A DNA stretch of 63,210 nucleotides, the filler included, from Octopus bimaculoides (lineage: Eukaryota): assembly GCF_001194135.2 (NCBI RefSeq). It is 5 parts of 5 records of this genome, joined end to end, with 100 filler letters (N's around TTAATTAATTAA, not from the genome) between each part and the next. Parts side by side here need not be neighbours in the genome. Positions count along the whole stretch, not along the records: positions 30,438 to 46,697 come from NC_068982.1; positions 46,798 to 60,145 come from NC_068994.1; 3 more parts are not named here. The stretch is one strand, 5' to 3'. This document shows positions 41,971 through 53,042 of the stretch, piece after piece (position 1 is the first letter of the stretch; each line of letters starts with the position of its first letter). The translations under genes were made by a program, and so were the position numbers. Below the pieces are notes generated by a model. It saw only the letters and a program-made list of their open reading frames with translations, was not told the DNA's origin and did no database searches.

Positions 41971-42230
41971 GACCTTCAAGTCAGCAAATAAACGCTACTT
42001 ATGCTGGAACCTAAATTTCAGGCCCATTTCATACTAACCCTTATTTTTATTAATCAAAATCAAAGCTATGTTGGAAAAAATAATCTGTTATGTATATAAT
42101 AATAATAATGAAATTATTGTGTATAATGCTCAGGTGCACTACGACTCATCAAAGGTGCATGTGCAGTACATAGAATTATGCCCCAAAATCAGGAAAGTGA
42201 ACAGCGTAAGAGTCAAGATATACATGTATG

Positions 42231-42514
42231 CAGTGGTGGACTGGCCAGGTTGCCAGCTTGCCTGATGGCAAGTGGGCCCCTGCACCATTAGAATCTATAT
42301 ATGGAGCCCATGTTAGTATCTAAGGGGCCCATCCCCTCAAGTTTGAGAATTTTAAAATTCACTCCTGGAAGAATGCATTATTTCAGCCTGGCTGTGTTTA
42401 TAGACAGTTGAAAAGAATACTTAAAAAAAAAAAAATTAAATGATAGCACTGTAATTGCGGGTGGGCTTCCTTAGTCTCCTGGCAACCAATATTTTTAGAC
42501 CCAGTCTGCCACTG
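42231..42514. mobile_element. hAT-type MITE in an ARMC2 intron
   Basis: Ends CAGTGGTGGACTGG ... CCAGTCTGCCACTG. Left flank CATGTATG; right flank CATGTGTATG, read as the same 8-mer with one GT slippage. Confidence 0.7.
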
Positions 42515-42735
42515 CATGTGTATGGAGGCGGGTGGATATCAGGTGTAGTGTTGGCGAATTTCAGGAAGCAAGGAAGTTTTAAAGGATGCAATGTCTCAGC
42601 AACTAACAACTGATGCAGGTAGTTCCATGCTTCAGCAGTGTCTGACTTTAGATTTCATATTTACAAAAATGTATTCCTTGACCATTCCTAAATGGTCAAG
42701 GATTACAATTACTCATAAAATACTAAACAGGTTAC

Positions 42736-42849
42736 CTTTTTGTTCTGCCAAAAAGTCTCTTACAATCTTTTGGTGAGTTAAGTTTCCAAACACTCGCGAT
42801 ACTTCAATCAAAGTTTCCATGTGGTCTGGCAGTAATAATTTCACCAAAT
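42736..42849 (-). CDS. ARMC2: ARMC2 coding exon (phase 1-1), (Y)LVKLLLPDHMETLIEVSRVFGNLTHQKIVRDFLAEQK
   Basis: Acceptor tttatatttcacAG, donor GTAACC; 114 nt. RVFGNL armadillo motif as in ARMC2 (EAVRVFGNLSQD). Confidence 0.92.
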
Positions 42850-44745
42850 CTGTGAAATATAAAAGAGACGCTAGAGCAAAAACTGTTAGATAGTAAGGTA
42901 TAGATAGGAGTCAGGTATGTATGTATGTGTGTGTGCGTGTGTGCACGTAATGTAACAAAGAAATTGCTTCTGACAGCTCAAGGTGTTTAAGTAAATAGGA
43001 AGAAACCTTAAGCAGATGAGACCTTAATCTTCTTCACGGGATGCCATGTAGCATTGTCTGATAAACTAAGTATATTATTGAAATAAGCCATGAAATGCCT
43101 GCAGTGAATCTGAACTAAAGATCTACAGGCTGATAATTTAATGCTACATCCATCTCGCTATTTCAGTTCTGTTCTGTGTGGGTGTATGTGAGATTGAGAG
43201 ATAGGGTGAGAGTGAGAGTGTATGTATATGTGTGAGAGAGAAGATTAATCAGATAATGCTCTAAAAAGGCTGTCAGTGAGTTCCTTGATTTGCATTTCTC
43301 TACTTTAAGAGTCTCTTGAGTGAGTGTGCAGAGGTTAATTGAGACCTTTATAAAAAAATTAAAAAATCCCTGATATTTCATTGATAAAGTTTGGAATCAA
43401 TGTAAATGGAAATTATGAGATTATGTACAGCCAATGGTTAAGAAGTTTACTTGCCAACCACATAGTTCCAGGTTCAGTCCCATTGTGTGGCACCTTGGGC
43501 AAGTGTCTTCTACTATAGCTTCAGGCCAACAAAAGCCTTGTGAGTGAATTTAATAGATAGATATTCCTAGTTTCCAGCTCTGTAGGTCAACTTTGCCTTT
43601 CTATTTTCTATCATTGAACTAAGCATCATATTTTACTGGGTTAAACCAAATGCTTCAGCTTTCCTGAAACACTCCTATGCAAGGTTGTTTTGGATAGATT
43701 TGAAGATCTTAGAGTGCTACTGCATCTCTGTAGTTTATACTTGTTTATTTTTACATCACAATTTTAAAAAAAACTGTAAATTAAGAAATTTATAATAAGG
43801 AACTAAAAAGCCTAATGCAAATAACGATGTCAATAATTAAAACATTGGTAGACTGGCAGAATCATTAAAGTATCAGACAAAATGCTTTGAGCTATTAGAG
43901 AAATTTTTATTCTGTGCCCATATCCCTCTGAGGTTGACTTTGGCTTTCAACCTTGAGGACTCCATAAAATAAATATTAGTCAAGTACAGGAATAAATATA
44001 ATTAACTTTTCTCTCCCAATTAATGTGTACCCTTATGTTTGGATAAAAAAAAATAAATAAATTAAAAAAAATAATAATCAGTAATTATATACAGTATCAT
44101 CATTGTTTAAACAAATACTATTCCAATATTTTCTTGGGTCAGAAGAGAGAACACTGGGGCAAGATTTTCTATGGCCAGATATCCTTCCCATATGTTGCCA
44201 GCTCCCATATGTTCCCAAGTGAGATTAATAAGTTTTCAATGTATTAAGCAACAAACAAGATCAGACATGTTTAAGCAGAGAACTGGAATCAAATGGCAAA
44301 CGAGATTTCTGTTTACAAAGGTTGAGTAACATGTGAAGACGCCCAAACATGCTTTTGTACTGGACTGCAAGCAAACAACATTGTTTACAACCTGCAAGAC
44401 AAGAGAAATACAAACTTTCTCTCACACACACAAACGACAGGCTTCTTTTAGTTTCCAGTTACCAAATCCACTCACAAGGCTTTTAGTTGGCTCAGGGCTC
44501 TAGTCAAAGATACTTGCTCAAGGTGCCATGCATTTGGACTGAACCAAAGACCACATGGTTAGGAAGTGAACCATATATATATATAGAGTCATATATATGT
44601 GCATATACATACTCTTAGTAATCATCCATTCATATTAGCAAGATTAAAGCAAGAATGTTTTGAGATTTAAGATGTATTTCTTGTATCTAGTGATGTTTGG
44701 GAAATGAAAATGAGAAAAGTGTAACATATTCAATCAATTACTTAC

Positions 44746-44865
44746 ATTTAGCAATGTCTAATTGTTTGGCCAATATACCACTGGTCTTGCTGTGGTAATA
44801 AGAAAGATTGTTGATGGTAGCAACAGTAGTAACAAGTAGATCTTCTTTGTCAATTGAGAATAAAT
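44746..44865 (-). CDS. ARMC2: ARMC2 coding exon (phase 1-1), (D)LFSIDKEDLLVTTVATINNLSYYHSKTSGILAKQLDIAK
   Basis: Acceptor ttttttccacAG, donor GTAAGT; 120 nt. ATINNLSYY is identical to the recalled human ARMC2 motif. Confidence 0.92.
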
Positions 44866-45004
44866 CTGTGGAAAAAAAAATAATTATAACAAGCTTTTCT
44901 ACTTTTGGCACAAGGCCTGAAATTTGGGGGAGGAGGATAGTCGATTACATCAACCCCAGCACTCAATAAATAAAAGTATATTGTATTTCTGACTGCCAAC
45001 TTAC

Positions 45005-45179
45005 CTAGAATACGAAGAAGTTGTATGACACAATCATGTTCAGCAGCAATAATAGGGCCAATGGTCTCACCAATTGATAAATTTGCAATCAATCGAACAG
45101 TCTTGATAAGTATATCAACACTTTCTTCCATTTGAAAATTTTGGCTATTTGCTTTATGAGACTGGTTAGTTTTATCTGA
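45005..45179 (-). CDS. ARMC2: ARMC2 coding exon (phase 0-1), SDKTNQSHKANSQNFQMEESVDILIKTVRLIANLSIGETIGPIIAAEHDCVIQLLRIL
   Basis: Acceptor ttttctttccAG, donor GTAAG; 175 nt. Overlaps ORF 44850..45131. Matches recalled EDVLIKLTRVLANIAIHPGVGPVLAA. Confidence 0.9.
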
Positions 45180-46178
45180 CTGGAAAGAAAAAAAAAACCC
45201 ATTTATTATTTGTAAATTAATGTCATTGAAATGATGATATTCACATAAAATGTCTTACAAGAAAATATGCTAGGTTTTCTATATCATTCTTTCATACAGT
45301 CTCTTGTGAAAGATTTAATTCTATCATCAGAAATTAAACTAAAACATCAGGATGGAAGCTAACATATTTGATGGCATAAAAGACACACCCCAATTTCAGC
45401 AGCACATATTGAACAAACAAAGCTTTTAGTGCATTAAAGCTAATAGGAAAACCAACTTTATATATAGGATCTGGGTTGATTGTTTTGTTTTTGAGACATT
45501 TTTTTAGAAAATAAAATGCATCATATATACCATCAAATACAAGATGTATTTTAAGTTCTAAATCATAGGATAGCATACCCATAACTGAGCGTGTGATTTA
45601 ATGAAAAATTCTGTTTGATGCCTCCATTTTGAAAGCCTGCTAAATAAGAGTTGGTTGGGGCTGTTTAACAATAAACTTCAGGTCAATTTTCAGTTTCACT
45701 GTGTGAGTCAATTTTAATTTCTCTTACTTGCACTTCTAGCAAATAAGCAAAGCAGATAAAGTTCAGGGGAAACAACTACATGCAACTATTTAAATTAAAA
45801 GACAACATCTTATCTTCTCCGAGAAATTTAGGAGGAATTGTGAAAAAGTAAAACCGGCTTGAGATTGGTAAAACCAATTTGAGGTTTATGGATGCAATCA
45901 TAAACTCTCCATAAATTGATACATTTGTTGTTTACACACAAAAAATTCAGTTATAGACTGTCTTCCTATGAACTAGATACCCACAACACTGACAATCATT
46001 GTTGTGTACAAAGAAACCAAGAATAAATTTCCTTTCTTATTTGGAGGAATAATTAATAATCTCAAAATATTAAAAGCTTTGCTTTATTAGTTTAAAACTT
46101 ATTTGTTTACAAGTCATCTTTATGTGAAACTATGCATTAAAGGTAGCTTGAAAAAAATTGTATAATTTAAAATCTTAC

Positions 46179-46319
46179 TGTAGAAAATTTATCCAAATAA
46201 TATTTAAGAACATTCAATATTGTTGCCAAAGAGTTTTTTTCTTCAAATAATTGAACACGAGCTGTATCATCTTTTGCAGTCAAGTTGCCGAGAGCAAAGC
46301 AGATTCTTACAACAACATC
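46179..46319 (-). CDS. ARMC2: ARMC2 coding exon (first recovered; phase 0-0), DVVVRICFALGNLTAKDDTARVQLFEEKNSLATILNVLKYYLDKFST
   Basis: Manual translation. Acceptor tttctgtatttctAG at 46320-46321, donor GTAAGA at 46178; 141 nt. Matches the recalled human ARMC2 segment DLVVRVVFILGNLTAKNNQAREQF. Confidence 0.9.
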
Positions 46320-46376
46320 CTAGAAATACAGAAATAATAATAATAATAATAACAATAATAATAATAATAATAATAA

Positions 46377-46697
46377 CGATAATACGAAGAAGAAAAAGAA
46401 GAAACAACAAAAGCTATAAAACAAATGAAATCCAAACTAAAACTAGAACAGCAACGGACCATGATAAAACGATGGCAAGAAAATCCCCTACATGGTAAAT
46501 ACTGGGCTAAACTAAATGCGAAAGAAATAGACAGAGAAAAATCCCAGCAATGGCTGAGAAGCTCAGGACGCAAAGCAGAGACTGAAGGATTTTTAATTGC
46601 TTCACAAGACCAAAGCCTCCCCACCAGAAATTACCAAAAACACATAATGAAAAGAAATATAACAAGTAACTGTAGAATATGTGGAGATCGACAAGAA
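46377..46697 (+). mobile_element. R4/Dong-type LINE fragment, 5'-truncated, cut by a gap
   Basis: ORF 46425..46745 RWQENPLHGKYW...WLRSSGRKAETEGFLIASQDQSLPTRNYQ...CRICG (start of the CCHC knuckle). Directly preceded by (TAA)n at 46333-46376. Confidence 0.85.
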
Positions 46698-46797
46698 NNN
46701 NNNNNNNNNNNNNNNNNNNNNNNNNNNNNNNNNNNNNNNNNTTAATTAATTAANNNNNNNNNNNNNNNNNNNNNNNNNNNNNNNNNNNNNNNNNNNN
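46698..46797. other. artificial scaffold spacer (44 N + TTAATTAATTAA + 44 N)
   Basis: The identical 100-nt block occurs at 17815-17914, 30338-30437, 46698-46797 and 60146-60245. The 12-mer puts stop codons in all six frames. Confidence 0.9.
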
Positions 46798-47302
46798 ATG
46801 CCATCAAAGTGACACTGGGGTAAAATATATGAAGCCCATTATACCCATCATGACTACCTGTCTGATAAGGGTGCACCAGGCACATGCATCACAACCATAT
46901 GTGCATGACATGGTGATCTCATATCAAGATGGGGCCCAGTTAGAATTTTCGTCAGGTCGAGTAGCCCATCCCGTTCAAAAGGTCCCTGAATAAGGTTTGT
47001 TTACGGATGTTGAGCAAAACACCCATGTTTCCAAAGGTGAATTATTCAAACCCCAAAGAATTCCTCTCAACACATGGTTATGATGCTCCCCCACTACTTC
47101 TGCTCATGATCAGAGATGCACACATCGTCAGCCACCTAGGGACATGCTCAACTGATTAAGGTCAAACAACTGACAGGCAAATCTGTGGTATTAAGCAGAA
47201 TATTTGCTGTTGCCCATCTTTTATACCAATGTACATGATAACACCTCCAATCAATTAAGATCAGAAGCCATAAGAGCCAGTGCCTGGTACTGCGCCAGGG
47301 CA

Positions 47303-47345
<43 letters not shown>

Positions 47346-47944
47346 GTTATTATTATCATCATTATTATTATTACAATAAAGGTGGTGATCTTGCTGAACC
47401 ATTAGCATGCTGCACAAAATGCTTAGTGGCATTTCATCAGTCATTACGTCGTGAAAGAGAAAAAGAGAGAGAAAGAGAGTGAGAGAGAGAGAGAAAGTAG
47501 TGACAGGTAAAGTGAAAGAGAAATGATAATGATGTAAAGAAGGGAATGAGATGGTTAAAAAGTTAGTTGAAGTAAAAGGTAGAGAGAAAAAGAGAGGGAG
47601 AAATATAAAGTGCTTGGCAGAAGCAGATTTTAAACGTCATGTATTATTGTGATGAACAAAAAAATAACATTTTAACATTCAATTTTTTATACCTTCTATC
47701 CATCGATATATTTATCTATCTATTCACATTGACAAACATCTCCTTGACTGGACAGAAGGAAGGATTGCATTAGATATGATAATAAACTTATAGATAAAGA
47801 GAGATTTTTCAATGAAAGTGTAATAACTTAGCAAAATAGCCATGGATATATTTATTATTCGAACTTTGTATTGACAGCAAGAAAAATACAACTGAACTGA
47901 ACAGCTGGCAAACTATTTAAATGGCTTTGTTACTGAAAACTATA

Positions 47945-48110
47945 ATGATGGTGGTGGTGATGATGGCGGTGGAGGTGGTGGTGATGATGGTGGTGGAGTT
48001 GGTGGTGATGATGGTGGTGGAGGGGGAGTGATGATGGTGGTGGGAGTGGTAGTGATGATAGTGGTGGAGGTGGTGGTGATGATGGTGGAGGAGGTGGTGG
48101 TGTTGAGTGG
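47945..48110. repeat. degenerate (GGT/GAT)n trinucleotide array
   Basis: Read directly from the sequence. A similar tract lies at 37755-37950. Confidence 0.85.
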
Positions 48111-48419
48111 ATAACGAAAAGTGTAGTTTTTTATAAATGCAGCTAAATTTTTTATATTGCCTATCACTTAACGCATGTGCATATGTGCAATTATTTATCG
48201 ACTGCTTGTTTGAAAATTCATATTCGTTTGGATGACAGATGACGTAAGCCAAAAAGAGAAAGGATGAGCAATAACATAAAGAGAAGCATAGAGTTGGATC
48301 ATTAGAAGAAGCATGGGAGCATCAACATGTGGAAGGGAAAATGTGAATCAAAGAATATAGAGTGAGTATTTACAACAGATAAAGAAATGTGTTCAAGATA
48401 GAATTTAAAATGAAAATGA

Positions 48420-48605
48420 GAGAGAACATACAAATAACAGTAAACATGTTTGAAAGTTACAGCATTAGTGACATGAATATTTTATGTAATTATTGTGAAG
48501 CTCTTAGATTTATAAATGAACCCCTGAACTGCTGAGAAAAGGGGAAAAATCATGCTCCTTCAATTACAGCTTTATCCAGAAGAAATGAAAGGTGTTTTAA
48601 AATGA
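48420..48605 (+). mobile_element. short Helitron zinc-finger remnant
   Basis: SISDMNILCNYCEALRFINEPLNC*EKGK followed by frameshifted IMLLQLQLYPEE, the same motif class as at 11830-12320. Confidence 0.55.
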
Positions 48606-48751
48606 AAGTAATACAGAATATACAATTTACAAAGGAACAATAATTTTTATAGCTCTATATAAACTTACAACTGTTTAAAACATTTTGTATTTACCATGGA
48701 ATTTTCATGGTTGCAGATTCAGGTACTGTTGGTTATTATTATTATTATTAA

Positions 48752-48790
<39 letters not shown>

Positions 48791-49358
48791 TATTATAGAC
48801 CTTGTGCCTATAGTAGAAAGGATTATTATTATTATTGTTATTATTATAAAGATGGGTGAGCTTGCTGAATCATTAGCATGCTGGATAAAATGGTCTATGT
48901 TCTGAGCTCAAATTCCACTAAGATCAAATTTGCCTTTCATCCTTTTGGATTCAATAAAATAAGTACCACCTGAGCATTGAGGTTGATGTTATCAACAATC
49001 CCCTCTGCACCAAATTTTGTGCATTATTAAGACAACAAACTAGCAGAATCATAAGCATACCAGGCAAAATGCTTAGTGACATTTCATCTGTCTTTATTTT
49101 CTGAGTTCAAATTCCATCGAGGTTGACCTTTGCCTTTCATCCTTTCAGGGTCGATGAAATAAGTACCACTTGAGCACTGGGATTGATGTAATCAACTTAC
49201 TTCCCTGAAATTACTGGCTTTGTACCAAAATGTGAAACCATTATTATTATTATCATTCAACATTGAGTACCAATGAGTACCAGTTACACACTGGAGTTGA
49301 TGTAATCGACTGGTCCCTACTCCCAAAATTTCCAGCCTTGTGCTTATAGCAGAACAGA

Positions 49359-49831
49359 TTATTATTCAATATTTGGTAGTTTCAGGCAAATTTCTTCTGC
49401 ATCACCTGCTACACCTCCATGTTGCTGGGGTATGTGAAGCATTGTGTGTTCTTTTTTGTTGTTGGGAGTGCGCAAACTTTTCCCAGTATTGTATAACATC
49501 AGTCTCTTTTTTTATGGGGCATGAAGCAGTCTTTTGTTGTATTAGTGTTTTATTGTGTACAATATGTTGGGTATTTGGCCTGCTGGTGGTTTATTTTATT
49601 GGATATGTGCTATATAGAGTGTGTCTTGTGTTTTTGGATAGTTTTGTTTGCGTTGTATTATTGAATTGATAGTATGTTGCACAGGATGTGGGCTGTTCCT
49701 AACAGAGCTATTTTTTTGATAGTGTGTAGTGTTGAGGATTCAGGTATAGCTTCTATGTTTATGTTCATGCTTTTTTTTATCATGCCCAATGCTCCAATTA
49801 TTACTGGTATTGTTTTCACCCTTCATTTTCC
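49359..49831 (-). mobile_element. R4/Dong-type LINE 3' end
   Basis: Minus strand VKTIPVIIGALGMIKK...IKKIALLGTAHILCNILSIQ* plus 3' UTR, with TAA repeats on both sides. Confidence 0.75.
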
Positions 49832-50064
49832 TATTATTATTATTATTATTATGGTGGTGGTGGTGGTGAACTGGCAGAATCATTAACATGCCAAGCAAAA
49901 GGCTTAGCAGCATTTCAACTGTCTTTACATTCTAAGTTCAAATTCCGTCAAGATTGATTTTGTTTTCCGTACTTTCGGGATCGATAAAATAAGTACCAGT
50001 TGAGCACTGTGGTCAATATAATTGACTAACTGCAAAATTGCTGGCCTTGCGCCAAAATGTGAAA

Positions 50065-50104
<40 letters not shown>

Positions 50105-50107
<3 letters not shown>

Positions 50108-50940
50108 TTTGCACAGCTTCTAATGCTGGAGATGTACTACAGTGTCAGTTGTTCACTACCAGTGAACTAAGATAACACCTCTTATTTTTCGAGCACCTTC
50201 TGGAATATTCGAGCGGTTCCAAGCAGTGCTGTTTTCTGCAAGTGCTCCACCCTTATTGCAGTACATTTGTTCCATGTACTTCTTGAGATTTTTACTCTCT
50301 GTTCCCAGGGCTCCAACAATTATTGGTACCACCATCACCTTTTTCATTGACCACAACTGCTTTGCATCCCAAGAAAACTTGTCATACCTATCGACTTTTC
50401 TTTCTTCCTTATCGCATGCCTTGTTGTCAGCTGGGCATACTATATCTATGATCCAGCATAGTTTGCTTTCTTTCTCAATTAAGACTATGTCTGGCTTCCT
50501 ATTCTCTATCTCATGGTCACACTGAATCATAAAATCCCACAGGATCTTTGCATAATCATTTTCGATGATGCCTTCGGGTTTGTGATCATACCAACTTTTT
50601 CTCTGTCAAGTCCATACTTGTTGCAAAGTGTCTAATGGACAAGCCTTGCTATATTGTCATGGCATCTCTTATATTCCTTCTGGGCTAGTGGCGTATATTG
50701 GCTGGTAATATGCCATACAGTTTTACCATTTTGTCCACAGATTCTGCACTTATCACTTTCTGATTTGTTGTCTACTCTGTATTTTATATAGTTTATTCTT
50801 AGTGCTTGTTCTTGGGCGGCACAGATTAGAACCTCCGTTTCCGGTTTTAAATCACTTTTAATCATCCACAGCCATCTTTTTTTCTCTGTCTGTCTTATCT
50901 TCAACATCCCTATGAAACTGGTTACCATGTAACTTGTAAG
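50105..50940 (-). mobile_element. R4/Dong-type LINE fragment (CCHC knuckle plus PD..D restriction-like endonuclease), distinct subfamily
   Basis: ORFs 50632..51078 (DLKPETEVLICAAQEQAL..CRICGQ..VWHITS..EYKRCHDNIARLVH) and 50156..50530 (RKPDIVLIEK..CWIIDIVCP..VVPIIVGALG). The 3' end runs into (TAA)n at 50067-50105. Confidence 0.85.
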
Positions 50941-51371
50941 ACAGAGAAAAACAGAGAAGAAGAAGGAGGAAAGGGTGGAAAAAGCTCCCACTAGTAAGAA
51001 GTGGTTTTTTTTTGGGGGGGGGGGAAATGAGTGGCTGTATGCCAGGTGTTGAAAGGTTAAAATATTATAGAGAGACAATGTGTAAAGCGTAAGAGCTGTG
51101 GAGAGGGTGAGAAAGGATATATAAGGGGTTATTGTAGGTGGGTTATGATGTTAGATAAGGGAGATTATTGTGAATGAGAGCTGATAAGAGAGGTGTTTAG
51201 AATGAACTATTGCAGAGTGGGAAAAAAGGCAGTAGCTGAAAGCACTGAATGGAAGTGATTGGTTGAAATGATGTAGGAAGGGATCATGAGGAATGGAAGT
51301 AGTTTGATGGTGGTGGTGGAGACCATTTGGGAAGTATGGGATATATTACTCACAGGTGAGTACTGAAGTTG

Positions 51372-51745
51372 GATACTTTTTGGTTATCTCACCCCCATTA
51401 AAAAATTGGGTTATCTGCCCCCATTTTACGAGAAATATCGGTACTTTTGGTTATCTCCCTCAACTAAAAAGTTGTTTACTCTCAATAAAAAAAATAAAAA
51501 TAAAAAAATGGAAAATTTAATAAACATGAAAACTGAAAAAAATTAAACATCTTACTGAATCTAATAACATTTTTATAACAAATCACACCATGCCTTTTGA
51601 GGAAGCCAAAAGTCAACAATGTGTTGAAGTATTGAATCAAAAGGATCTAACTCTTTTAATCCAATCTCTTGTCACCACACAAACTCAATTTTTTAGAGGG
51701 GTGGTAACCAAATTTTTTAATGGGCTGAGATAACCAAAAAGTACC
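51372..51745. mobile_element. MITE with Merlin-type ends (GGTAC TIR, 8-bp TSD)
   Basis: TIRs G(A/G)TACTTTTTGGTTATCTCA.CCCATTAAAAAATT at both ends. Direct repeat TGAAGTTG at 51364-51371 and 51746-51753. Confidence 0.75.
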
Positions 51746-52184
51746 TGAAGTTGCATAGTGCCACTGGTTTTAAGGGCATCGCAAAAGGCTTGGTTGGAGT
51801 CCCAACCTTCTGAGTTCTTTTAACAGGGCTTAGAAAAACTGAAGGACTACTGCAATAAGTGTGTGAATCTGTGATCCTCCTGTATTTTATTTTACACAAA
51901 ACCAGGAACTTTTCAGTATCATGAAATGTCAGGGAGAGAGGGGAGGGGACGTAGCTTTACATGTACAAGCATGACGCAGTAGTTTTAGGATATTTTTACT
52001 GTAAGATTAGGTCTTCTTGATCAGAGCAAGATGTCGATCTTTTTGGTCCTTTGTCATTTTCTCCATAGTCTCATGTAGTCTCTTCAATAAGGCTGTGTGT
52101 GTATGTGTGTGGGTTATGTTGGTTGGGTTATAATTCAAGCTGTGACCTCTTAAAGCTTACTCCATTTCTCCAAGTCATATATAC

Positions 52185-53042
52185 AGTAATATGAACAACA
52201 GAGGAACAATATAATAATGTCAAACACATGTACTGGTTTTAATATATTTACTTTCATTGACACTGTCACACATTGAGAAGGTCTATATGAACACCATCAT
52301 TTTCATGGCGCAAAACAATGCAGCACCATGTTCTGTGTGATATTTTATGAAGCTGTGTTTTGGTGATTGTTGCAAAGGCTGCCGCACTATTATGAAGAAC
52401 TGTAGCACAATCCCACGCATGTGATGATTTAGGCTGCTTTATTGAGTAAGCACTTAGGACCCTATTTCTTCAAGGGCTCTGTTAACCAGTACTCTTACCT
52501 TGCTGTGTTGAGGGAGTGGTTTGTTCCACAGCTCCAGAGGTTGAATGTGAATTTGAATGATTGTTGGTTTCAACAAGATGGTGTCCCACCCCACTATGCC
52601 ATCAATGTCGGGGAATATCTGAAAGAAGTTTTTCAGGATAGATGGATGGGGTGAGGATCATAACAACTTCCAGCATCTCTCGATTGGCCTCCCAAAAATC
52701 CAGACCTCATGTCTTGTGACAGTGCTCTGTAGGATATTATCAAAGAGAGAGTTTCACAAGAGTAATACCAGAATACCCAACAGTTGAAGGATGCTGTTTT
52801 GGCAGCCTTTGCAACAATCACCAAAACACAGCTTCATAAAATATCACACAGGACATGGTGCTGCATCATTTTGTGCCACAAAAATCATGGTGTTCATACA
52901 GACCTTCTCAATGTGTGACAGTGTCAGTGTCAATGAAAGTGAATATATTAAAACCAGTACATGTGTTTGACATTATTATATTGTTCCTCTATTGTTCATA
53001 TTACTTTTCGGTAGGGGATGACAAGACTTTTGGACCACTCTG
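52185..53042 (+). mobile_element. Tc1/mariner transposase 3' remnant with rearranged inverted arms
   Basis: ORF 52442..52654 WFQQDGVPPHYA..V.EYL..VF.DRWMG, then WPPKNPDL. TIR-like end ACAAGACTTTTGGACCACTCTG at 53021-53042. About 200-bp inverted arms at 52185-52383 and 52801-53005. Confidence 0.85.

Noticed and set aside
44850-45004. Extension of ORF 44850..45131 past LRILG as coding
   Set aside because: It reads through the GTAAG donor into a 139-nt intron containing a SINE-B fragment. The real frame continues in exon 44746-44865.
45334-45582. 82-aa minus-strand ORF as an additional ARMC2 exon
   Set aside because: It has no similarity to ARMC2, and the flanking exons 46179 and 45179 already join in phase with colinear homology.
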